This document shows, in pieces, positions 1-7,718 of a DNA stretch of 12,647 nt. The notes beneath the pieces were generated by a model that was not told the DNA's origin, did not search any database, and worked only from the letters and a program-made list of their open reading frames with translations. The translations under genes were made by a program, and so were the position numbers. Source of the DNA: Oligoflexales bacterium (lineage in GTDB: Bacteria > Bdellovibrionota_B > Oligoflexia > Oligoflexales > RGVZ01); contig JBIIGV010000080.1 of NCBI GenBank assembly GCA_044236265.1, forward strand, positions 1 to 12,647, read 5' to 3'. Position 1 is the stretch's first letter, and the number at the start of each line of letters is the position of its first letter.

Positions 1-1677
1 CACGACATCTTCAAAAAACGTCGCCTCTTGAGCTTTACCTTTTTTGAGCCAATAGTCAGCACGGGCGTTGTAAGGAAATTCCATCTTAGCTTTATAAGCT
101 CGTAAATATTTCGCAATATCTTTCATGGAAAAGCCACTTGCCATTAACTCCTGTTCATTAACGAAAACTTGGCTGTGTGTAATAACTTGCACAACATCCA
201 TTCCGTTATCACGGCGATCAAACTCCCTGTTCAAATCAGATCGTAATTTTGTTCTATCAAGACGGTAGGCACCGCTCAGTTCTGGCAAGGGCGCGGCACC
301 ATGGTCTGCCGTCAACACTACAAGAAATTCACCCGCCGTCTGTTTCTCTATCAGACCCACTAACTTCTTTGCCTCTTCATCAGCAGCTTGAAGAACATCG
401 CCACACTCATCTGACTCGAATCCAAAAGCATGTCCACAATTGTCAGTTGCCTTCATATTGATCCAAATCAGATCTGTCTCATCATCTTGGCCAACCTTAA
501 GCTCTTCGACGGCCTTTAATGTCATATGTGATTGTTGTCGAACAAGAGCCGGGGACGTACCCGCCATTCGATTTTCAAACTGTAATCCGTCTTCCTTGCG
601 ACCAATGTGAAGTAACTGGTGTCCTCGCCACTTCCCATTTTTGTCTACAATCTCTTTAAGCCATGGCATCAATCCATTGCCAATGAATGCTCGCGGCATT
701 TGATAGTTTGACGTTTCAGTTGTCCATAACCCATCACTTCCAAATTCATCCAACCACGTGACATAAGTCTTCGCGCCGCCGTTGAAAAGCGCGCCGTGTC
801 CCGCCATGGCAATTGACGCGCGAGGCGCAGGAGCTACAGAGAGAATCACAGGTTTGTTTTTTCTCGTAAATGACCAAACATCTGACAGCGTCGGAGTGAA
901 GAAAAAACCTGGGTTTGTTGCTCTCGCGTTACTTTCAGGCCCGGTCTGCATCGTAAACGCGTAAAGCTGACGCCATATTCCTTTGTGAAAAAAGTTGTTA
1001 CCGGCGACACCATGTTCACTGGGCCATGTACCCGTGCCAACTCCTGCGTGACCAACGCTTGTCTCAACATCAACATGAGCCACACTGCCATTGGTAAAGT
1101 GAGCTCCCTGCGCCATGAGCATCTCGTAAAATTTTGCTCGACCCGGATGAGCTTCCAGGAATTGGCGCCCCATCTGATCCTGAATAAAAACAACGATTGC
1201 TTTTGGAGGCCTACCGCTCGAGGTTTTTCCGCTCTTGTTCAGAAGTGCTGATCGCAGAACACGTCCACCACGCTGAGCTGGTGGCGGTATGTCAAGAATA
1301 GAGGCCAATGTCGGAACAATATCCTGCTGTACAGCCAACTCTTGATACTGACCAGGCCGAATCCAGCGACCCGATGGATCGTAAAAGACAATGGGAATTC
1401 TTAAATCGTAGTCCCACGCAACGCCGTGCATATTGAGAGGATGAGGTGCGAGCGGTTCGCCTTTTATTGAGCTTGGGTGCCAGCGCTTTGGTTCAAAGTC
1501 TTTACCCTCAAGCATGTAATTGCCTTTTTTGGGTAAGACAAAAATCTCTCCGCTCCATTGGCTCGCCGTCTTTCTAAATATTTCGCGCGGCGTTAGAGAT
1601 GTTTTAGTGGCAGAATTTTTGGCCATTACAGAGGAACTCAGGACGATAAGCCCAAGTCCTGCAATCAGTTGCTTCAC
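1..1677 (-). CDS. Secreted alkaline phosphatase superfamily protein (PafA/PhoK-like, type I phosphodiesterase/nucleotide pyrophosphatase fold), apparently circularly permuted; 3' end lies outside the window
   Basis: Manual translation gives 559 stop-free codons from GTG at 1677 to base 1. GGGGAG RBS about 7 nt upstream. Signal peptide MKQLIAGLGLIVLSSSVMA. Motifs: NMHGVAWDYDLRIPIVF (H84), DIVPTLASILDIPPP..GRVL, IVVFIQDQMG (D167), ETSVGHAGVGTGTWPSEHGVAGN (T206 nucleophile, N227), RASIAMAGH (R286), TDNCGH (D412/H416), VVLTADHG (D458/H459). Absent from the ORF track because it has no stop codon in the window. Confidence 0.93.
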   Translation of the reverse strand, partial: MKQLIAGLGLIVLSSSVMAKNSATKTSLTPREIFRKTASQWSGEIFVLPKKGNYMLEGKDFEPKRWHPSSIKGEPLAPHPLNMHGVAWDYDLRIPIVFYDPSGRWIRPGQYQELAVQQDIVPTLASILDIPPPAQRGGRVLRSALLNKSGKTSSGRPPKAIVVFIQDQMGRQFLEAHPGRAKFYEMLMAQGAHFTNGSVAHVDVETSVGHAGVGTGTWPSEHGVAGNNFFHKGIWRQLYAFTMQTGPESNARATNPGFFFTPTLSDVWSFTRKNKPVILSVAPAPRASIAMAGHGALFNGGAKTYVTWLDEFGSDGLWTTETSNYQMPRAFIGNGLMPWLKEIVDKNGKWRGHQLLHIGRKEDGLQFENRMAGTSPALVRQQSHMTLKAVEELKVGQDDETDLIWINMKATDNCGHAFGFESDECGDVLQAADEEAKKLVGLIEKQTAGEFLVVLTADHGAAPLPELSGAYRLDRTKLRSDLNREFDRRDNGMDVVQVITHSQVFVNEQELMASGFSMKDIAKYLRAYKAKMEFPYNARADYWLKKGKAQEATFFEDVV

Positions 1678-1680
1678 CGA

Positions 1681-2541
1681 TTATCTCCCCGGAGTGTACT
1701 TTGAAAGACGCATGTACACGGAGCCGATTTTAATTTCGCCCTGTACCTGAACAAGAGTGCGTTGCGGATCATTGGCAATCCAAACATACACATCACCCTT
1801 TTGCTGCATCTCTTTACCGATAAACGTCTGCAGCTTGACTTTCATGGCCTTGAAAGTGCCGGCAGGCACCGTGACATTTTCAACCGCGATTGGGGATGCT
1901 TCCAAGTACCAATTTTTCTCGGACGTATAGACCAAAAAGCGCTCAGCTTTTCCTGGAACATAGTTGAAGGTTCTCAGCTTTAAAGTTGCTCCAATAACAT
2001 CGACAGCGCCGTACTGAACATCCCGCTCAATCAAGTGGGGCGCCTTGCCTGGCTGTTCGGTTTTCTCAGACACCTTGCAGCGATCATGCGAGAAATCGAG
2101 CCACTTCTTCATCGAAAAGCTTTTGCCGAGGAACTTGCCCTCCTGCTGCTCAATATAAAATTTCGTCACACCCCAATCCCAAGGACGTGCGAGGGCTGAG
2201 GCTCGATCGTTGGCAACATAGATTCCTTTGAACCAATCTCCTGTTCGTCCCTCGACGTGGAAAGCTCGATGCCAGATGCCGTCAAGTTTCTGCGGCGCTT
2301 GAATCTCAATCGTCCCATATCCGGCAAGCATACCCATCCAAGACAGAGCATACTCGCTGACTTCCCCCGCTTTAAACGGGGTGTCTTTGTAAGTGTCAGA
2401 ACGGGAGAGATTTGTTGGGGCTTTGGGTAGCGGATTTGGGCAAACGACCTTTATGTCGGCAGTCGCAGCAGCAAATGCAGCTGCTGATGACCCCGCTAAA
2501 AGGACGATTAAAAGTATTCTCGAACACTGACTGAGCAACAA
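1681..2541 (-). CDS. Secreted DUF3108-family protein
   Basis: 286 aa ORF with a signal peptide (ILLIVLLAGSSAAAFA). DUF3108-like segments PFKAGEVSEYALSWMGMLAG, VTVPAGTFKAMKVK and VWIANDPQRTLVQVQGEIKIGSV. The TTG start (2541 or 2538) is uncertain. Confidence 0.8.
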   Translation of the reverse strand: MLLSQCSRILLIVLLAGSSAAAFAAATADIKVVCPNPLPKAPTNLSRSDTYKDTPFKAGEVSEYALSWMGMLAGYGTIEIQAPQKLDGIWHRAFHVEGRTGDWFKGIYVANDRASALARPWDWGVTKFYIEQQEGKFLGKSFSMKKWLDFSHDRCKVSEKTEQPGKAPHLIERDVQYGAVDVIGATLKLRTFNYVPGKAERFLVYTSEKNWYLEASPIAVENVTVPAGTFKAMKVKLQTFIGKEMQQKGDVYVWIANDPQRTLVQVQGEIKIGSVYMRLSKYTPGR

Positions 2542-2763
2542 GGTAAGCCCGCCTGCATGAAGCCAAATTTTTCAAAGCTGAACACTCTGATTATGCCAGA
2601 GATTATCGCCATTTGCCATGCCCCCGGGCAACTGGGAGTTTTCAATCATCAGACCAAGGAGGGGTAACAAAGTTATTTATTTCGGGTATTTAGCCTAACT
2701 GCACGGGATCCAAAACATGGGTCCCGCAGCTTGCTCTAAACGCTCTGAAAACCCTGATTTACT

Positions 2764-2793
2764 TTGACTTTACCGAGGATTACGTGCTATCAA
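2764..2793 (+). promoter_or_regulatory. Candidate sigma70-type promoter for rpsA
   Basis: TTGACT (2764-2769), 18-nt spacer ending in TGC, then TATCAA (2788-2793), about 75 nt upstream of the rpsA ATG. The -10 is imperfect. Confidence 0.4.
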
Positions 2794-2869
2794 CCGAGCT
2801 CCGTTGAGTCACTGCCAACAGAATGACCTGTTGTCGAAACCCCTTGATGGAAAGAAAGAAGTTTAGAGC

Positions 2870-4609
2870 ATGTTACAAGAAACAACCAAGTCCGGTATCA
2901 AAGGCATTCGCTGGGAAGATGAAGACACAGGTTTTGAGGCAGACACTCGCCTTACTTCCGATTTCGCGAAAATGCTAGCCGGCAACCCAACGACCTCCGA
3001 AGTTAAAGAAGGAATGATCGTTAAGGGTCTCGTCGTTCGTCTAACAGACGACGGCATCGTCATCGACATCGGTCACAAGTCCGAAGGCGAAGTTCCAAAG
3101 CACGAGTTCGGCGCTGCTTGCCCGAAAGTCGGCGAAACTGTCGAAGTTTATCTTGATCGCTTTGAAGATCACGCTGGTGAGATGGTTCTTAGCCGTGAGC
3201 GCGCAGAAATGCTTCGCGCTTGGGACCGCATTGCTGAAGCGTTTGAAGCTAACGAAATTGTTGAAGGTACAATCATGAGCCGCGTCAAAGGCGGTCTTTC
3301 TGTGGATATCGGCGTCAAAGCATTCCTTCCAGGATCGCAAGTTGACCTTCGCCCTGTCCGCAACCTCGACAAACTTATCGGCGGCAAACTCCAATTCAAA
3401 ATCATCAAGTTCAACAAGAAGCGTGGCAATATCGTTCTTTCTCGCCGCGTATTACTTGAGCAAGATCGTGAGAAGCTCCGCGCGTCGACTCTTGGCAACA
3501 TCAAAGAAGGCGCATCTCTCAAGGGTATCGTCAAGAACATCACCGATTACGGTGCGTTCATCGACCTTGGTGGAATCGATGGTCTTCTGCACATCACAGA
3601 TATGAGCTGGGGTCGCATCAACCACCCAAGCGAGCTATTTGAAGTTGGTCAGGAAATTGAAGTTAAGGTTCTTAGCTACGACGAAGGTCGTCAGCGCGTT
3701 AGCCTTGGCTACAAGCAACTTCTCAATGATCCTTGGGTTGTCGCTGGAGGCAAATACTCCGTTGGCGCCAAGACCAAAGGCAAAGTTGTCAGCTTGACTG
3801 ATTACGGCGCATTCGTTGAGCTTGAAGGCGGCATCGAAGGCTTGATCCACGTCTCTGAAATGAGCTGGTCCAAGCGCGTTCGCCACCCAAGCAAAGTCGT
3901 CAACATCGGTGACGAAGTTGAAGTGGTGATCTTGGCAATCGACGTTGAAAACCGTCGTATCAGCCTTGGCATGAAGCAAATGGAACCAAATCCATGGGAA
4001 GTCGTAAAAGAGAAATACCAAGTTGGTGACGTTATCCGCGGCAAAATCCGTAACATCACAGACTTCGGTGTATTCGTTGGTATCGAAGACGGCATCGATG
4101 GCTTGATCCACATCTCCGACATCAGCTGGACAGACCGCATCAAGCATCCAAGCGACCTTTACAAGAAGGGCGACGAAGTTGAAGCAAAAGTCCTCAGCAT
4201 TGATACTGAAGGTGAGAAGTTCTCCCTTGGCATCAAGCAACTGACGGAAGATCCATGGCTAGCAGTTGCAAAAGCACATCCAGCTGGCTCCAAAGGCAAA
4301 GGCAAAGTCACCAAAGTTGCTGATTTCGGCGCATTCGTTGAAATCGCTCCAGGCGTTGAAGGCATGATTCACATTAGTGAACTTGCTGACGGCCAAGTTG
4401 CCAAGACTGAAGACGCTGTGAAAGAAGGCGATGAAGTTGAGTTTGTTGTTCTTGCAACAGATGCAGACGAGCGTCGCTTCTCCTTAAGCCGCAAGGCAGC
4501 CATCAAGGGCCTCGACGGCGAAGAACTGAAGCAATACATTGGCGCTGCTTCTGGCTCCAAGACAGCATTTGCTGAAGCCTTCACCCGCGCCCAAGGCACA
4601 AATAGCTAA
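2870..4609 (+). CDS. rpsA: 30S ribosomal protein S1
   Basis: 579 aa with six S1 repeats ([123 protein letters not shown]). Codon bias typical of highly expressed genes. Confidence 0.99.
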   Translation: MLQETTKSGIKGIRWEDEDTGFEADTRLTSDFAKMLAGNPTTSEVKEGMIVKGLVVRLTDDGIVIDIGHKSEGEVPKHEFGAACPKVGETVEVYLDRFEDHAGEMVLSRERAEMLRAWDRIAEAFEANEIVEGTIMSRVKGGLSVDIGVKAFLPGSQVDLRPVRNLDKLIGGKLQFKIIKFNKKRGNIVLSRRVLLEQDREKLRASTLGNIKEGASLKGIVKNITDYGAFIDLGGIDGLLHITDMSWGRINHPSELFEVGQEIEVKVLSYDEGRQRVSLGYKQLLNDPWVVAGGKYSVGAKTKGKVVSLTDYGAFVELEGGIEGLIHVSEMSWSKRVRHPSKVVNIGDEVEVVILAIDVENRRISLGMKQMEPNPWEVVKEKYQVGDVIRGKIRNITDFGVFVGIEDGIDGLIHISDISWTDRIKHPSDLYKKGDEVEAKVLSIDTEGEKFSLGIKQLTEDPWLAVAKAHPAGSKGKGKVTKVADFGAFVEIAPGVEGMIHISELADGQVAKTEDAVKEGDEVEFVVLATDADERRFSLSRKAAIKGLDGEELKQYIGAASGSKTAFAEAFTRAQGTNS

Positions 4610-4637
4610 CGCTATTTGCTCCTAAAGTGAGTTGAAG

Positions 4638-4680
4638 AAACCGGGTACGTGTACTTGTTACATGTACCCGGTTTTGTATA
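4638..4680 (+). terminator. Intrinsic terminator downstream of rpsA (possibly bidirectional)
   Basis: AAACCGGGTACGTGTA-cttgt-TACATGTACCCGGTTT forms a 16-bp stem (one G.U) with a 5-nt loop and a TTTTGTATA tail, 28 nt after the rpsA stop. Confidence 0.85.
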
Positions 4681-4690
4681 ATTGACCAGT

Positions 4691-5806
4691 ATGAGTAAAA
4701 TTCGCGTTCTACACATTGACAGTTCGGAAGTCTGGGGCGGTGGTCAAAGTCAGATCACAACCCTTATCAGAGACTCTGCGAATCTTCCGATCGAACACTT
4801 TCTGGCATCTCCCAAAAACTCAAAGCTCTGGTATAAGGTTCGACAAAATATTTCTGGCTACTGCCAGCTCCCACGATCGGGAGCGCTTAATCCGCTGGCC
4901 ATGATTCGCCTACGGAACTATTGTTTAAAAAACAAAATTCAAATTCTTCATACCCACTGTGGAAAGAGTCACACCTTTGCTTACTGGGTTAAGACATTAT
5001 TCATGCCGCAGATAACACTGGTGGTTCATCGACGTATTCCGGCAAAAATTCGCAGCAACTGGTTATCCAGAGTCAAGTTCACAGGTCCTGCGGTAGATCG
5101 CTTTATTGCCGTCTCTGACTACATTAAGTCTGTTTTGCAGCGTGGAGGCATTGAGCCAGGTCGTATCACGACGATTCGTAGTTCAAAAAAACCATTCCCT
5201 TGTGACGAGCACGTGCGCGACGAAGCGCGAGCGGAACTCCTTCGCATGAAGGGGCTTGCCCCAGATGGTGACTTTTTTATTCTCTCGGCCTCAAGGTTAG
5301 TGCCAGATAAGGGACTTTTTATTCTCATTGAAGGTTTTCGCACGTTGGTGAGAGAGCGTCCCGGGGCAAGATTGATCATTGCTGGAGAAGGACCACTCAG
5401 CTCCAAACTCAAAGTTGCAGGACGCGCCATGCTAGAGAGCGGTCATTTGGTCATGCCAGGTTTTTGCAAAGATGTGCCGCGACTTCTACTCGGCAGCGAT
5501 GTATTTGCCATCCCAAGTCTTTCCGAGGGACTCGGCAGTACAATTGTCGAAGCCATGATGGCTAAAACTGCTGTCGTGGGCAGCTCTGTTGAGGGTATCC
5601 CGGAGCTGATTCGTCACGGACAAACGGGACTGCTGGCACCACCGGGTGATGCCGAAAGCCTTTACAGTCTTTTTCTTGATCTCGCTGTTGACCCTGCGCT
5701 GCGAAAAAAACTTGCTGAGCAAGGCCACACGTGGGCACTAAGCTCCTGCAGCTCTGACACCATGGTTGAAAAAACCTTCAATCTCTACAAATCGGTACTC
5801 TATTAG
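4691..5806 (+). CDS. Glycosyltransferase family 4 (GT-B fold)
   Basis: N-terminal RVLHIDSSEVWGGGQ, SASRLVPDKG, LIIAGEGP, and the EX7E motif PSLSEGLGSTIVEAM followed by GIPELIRHGQTGLL. ATG at 4691 is preferred over the TTG at 4682. Confidence 0.93.
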   Translation: MSKIRVLHIDSSEVWGGGQSQITTLIRDSANLPIEHFLASPKNSKLWYKVRQNISGYCQLPRSGALNPLAMIRLRNYCLKNKIQILHTHCGKSHTFAYWVKTLFMPQITLVVHRRIPAKIRSNWLSRVKFTGPAVDRFIAVSDYIKSVLQRGGIEPGRITTIRSSKKPFPCDEHVRDEARAELLRMKGLAPDGDFFILSASRLVPDKGLFILIEGFRTLVRERPGARLIIAGEGPLSSKLKVAGRAMLESGHLVMPGFCKDVPRLLLGSDVFAIPSLSEGLGSTIVEAMMAKTAVVGSSVEGIPELIRHGQTGLLAPPGDAESLYSLFLDLAVDPALRKKLAEQGHTWALSSCSSDTMVEKTFNLYKSVLY

Positions 5807-5828
5807 ATCAGCGCGTCATCCTCCGACC

Positions 5829-6143
5829 TTAGTCAGGAATATAGACGCCACCAAACCCACGACATGACTGTCTTGGGTTGATTTGTGTTCCTTGATAGTA
5901 GCGAACGATTACTTTTTTTCCTTGTTTGTCGATTGTGCAACTTCCCAATCGATACTCCTCTGGGCATTGCTCCACTTCCTCTCCACCATCAGCCCCACAA
6001 TCAGATTCAACAAACTCCCCGCCGTCCTCAACGCAAAATTTTTGGGCTGGGTAGTAACACGCATTTGTTCCCGAAAGACCCAAAGTTGAAATAGAGAAAA
6101 GACTTACGCACAGCGAGACTGCCATGAAAAACCCAAGCTTCAT
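5829..6143 (-). CDS. Small secreted cysteine-rich hypothetical protein
   Basis: 104 aa. Strong RBS (GGGGTGAGGG) adjacent to the ATG, a hydrophobic signal peptide, and six Cys in the mature region. Confidence 0.75.
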   Translation of the reverse strand: MKLGFFMAVSLCVSLFSISTLGLSGTNACYYPAQKFCVEDGGEFVESDCGADGGEEVEQCPEEYRLGSCTIDKQGKKVIVRYYQGTQINPRQSCRGFGGVYIPD

Positions 6144-6338
6144 CCCTCACCCCCTGTCATTTAAATTGGAACTTCGAAATTTTAGCCCAGTTTTTCAATG
6201 AATGTCATGTGCTTGATCAAAAACTCTAGCAGATGGTGGCTCCTAACTATCCACACCATCAGGGATAACGTACAATAATGATAAGCCAAAATCGCAGATC
6301 GGATTGGCGTGAGCTAGTACCTTGGAGAAATAAGCACC

Positions 6339-7718
6339 TTGAGCGCCAAAGTTACCATGTCCCGCCTCATTGCATTTGACGCCTTCGTGGCCGTCATGGA
6401 GCAAAATCGCAAGCCAGACGAAGTTCTAGAAGAACTCTATTCTGCAAATGCCAAAGACCTTAAGAGAATCGACCGTAATCTCACCAAAGAAATATTGTTT
6501 GGTGGACTACGATGGTACAAAAAGATTTATTGGATTCTTCAGCACACGGCCAAGAAACGAGATCTCAAGACGGTATCATCCCAAGTGCGAGCTGCTCTCA
6601 TTCTCGGTACTTACCAAATATTTTACATGGATCGCATTCCTGATCGTGCAGCAGTAAACGAGAGCGTCGAATATGTGCGCCAAAAGGGGGAAGCCTCCGC
6701 AGTGCCTTTTGTGAACGGGGTTCTTCGGCAGATTGCACGTCGCGCGGAATACTTTACAAAGCCAGACAAGAAAGCAAAGCCCGTTGAATATCTTGCGCTG
6801 CAATTTTCGCATCCAGATTGGCTTGTAGCGCGATGGTTTGATCGATTCAACTTCGAGAGAATGGAGACCATGCTGGACGGCAACCAGCAACCACCTCCCC
6901 TCTTCATCCGTGTCAATAGCAAGAAAATCAAGCCTCAGGATCTACAAGAACAGCTTCTCCGAGACGAGCAGGTGCAGTCTGAACGAGCCAGCTTGAAAGG
7001 CTGTCTCATTCTCAAAAAGCATCCGGACCTTGGACGTGAGGGGCTATTTGGACAAGGCTTTTACACAATTCAAGATCAGGCCTCCCAGCTGATACCGCAT
7101 CTCGTTGGACTACAAAATAATATCACTGTGGTGGACGCCGCTGCTGGTCCAGGGGGTAAATTAACCCACATGCGCGAGCTATCTGACGCGTCGTGTAAAA
7201 TTATTGCCGTGGAAAAAAGTGAAACGCAGATGGAACGAGCGCGTGAGACCGCAAAACGTTTAGGCTGCGACGATCAGATTGAATGGGTTTTCAAGGATTT
7301 TCTGGAATTTAAACCCAGCCAACCTGTCGATAGAGTTTTACTAGATGCCCCCTGCACAGGACTTGGGGTACTTAGACGCCATCCTGAAGGCAAATGGCAT
7401 AAAACAGAAGCTGGTATTAAAGACATGGTCAAACAACAGCGCGTGATGATTGAGCATGCTATGTCGATGCTAAAGCCTGGCGGCGAGATGATCTACTCAG
7501 TCTGTAGTTTTGAGACTGACGAAACCGAGCTCCAACTGAAATGGATCAAGGAACACTTTGGCACTAAAGTCGAGATTGTCAGCCCCGTGTCGCGACTGCC
7601 TGACTACTTTAAACGTTATGTGACGCGAGATAACATTTTGATGATTTATGCAGGCAACCAAGACAACATGGATGGATTCGGTGCCTTCATCGTGAAGTGG
7701 AAAGGGACATCGACATGA
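6339..7718 (+). CDS. rsmB: 16S rRNA m5C967 methyltransferase RsmB (Sun/Fmu): NusB-like domain plus SAM-dependent m5C MTase domain
   Basis: YQIFYMDRIPDRAAVNESVE, FVNGVLR, SHPDWLVARW, IQDQASQL, DAAAGPGGK, DRVLLDAPCTGLGVLRRHPE, LKPGGEMIYSVCS and MDGF. Start is either TTG 6339 or ATG 6357. Confidence 0.93.
   Translation: MSAKVTMSRLIAFDAFVAVMEQNRKPDEVLEELYSANAKDLKRIDRNLTKEILFGGLRWYKKIYWILQHTAKKRDLKTVSSQVRAALILGTYQIFYMDRIPDRAAVNESVEYVRQKGEASAVPFVNGVLRQIARRAEYFTKPDKKAKPVEYLALQFSHPDWLVARWFDRFNFERMETMLDGNQQPPPLFIRVNSKKIKPQDLQEQLLRDEQVQSERASLKGCLILKKHPDLGREGLFGQGFYTIQDQASQLIPHLVGLQNNITVVDAAAGPGGKLTHMRELSDASCKIIAVEKSETQMERARETAKRLGCDDQIEWVFKDFLEFKPSQPVDRVLLDAPCTGLGVLRRHPEGKWHKTEAGIKDMVKQQRVMIEHAMSMLKPGGEMIYSVCSFETDETELQLKWIKEHFGTKVEIVSPVSRLPDYFKRYVTRDNILMIYAGNQDNMDGFGAFIVKWKGTST

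Noticed and set aside
1..1750. Apparently gene-poor region with short ORFs (249-461, 782-964, 846-1193, 985-1251, 1520-1750), which could suggest a pseudogene or stop-codon recoding
   Set aside because: A single uninterrupted minus-strand frame (1677 to <1) covers the region in the standard code. The short ORFs are shadows of it.
3500..4400. Recurring DNA similarity such as GATTACGGTGCGTTCATCGA, GATTACGGCGCATTCGTTGA and GATTTCGGCGCATTCGTTGA at about 260-nt spacing
   Set aside because: These are the S1 domain repeats of rpsA, not a CRISPR array or an independent repeat element.
2863..4599. Many antisense and alternative-frame ORFs over rpsA, up to 201 aa
   Set aside because: They are expected by-products of strong codon bias in a highly expressed gene and show no protein-like motifs.
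6168..6200. GGAACTT (ECF sigma -35-like) here and at 11111
   Set aside because: There is no matching ECF -10 at the expected spacing, and the 11111 copy is better explained as part of the opposite-strand sigma28-like motif.
7490..7512. RsmB motif VI reads YSVCS rather than YSTCS
   Set aside because: The catalytic Cys is retained and the PC motif is intact, so this is ordinary variation and not evidence of inactivation.
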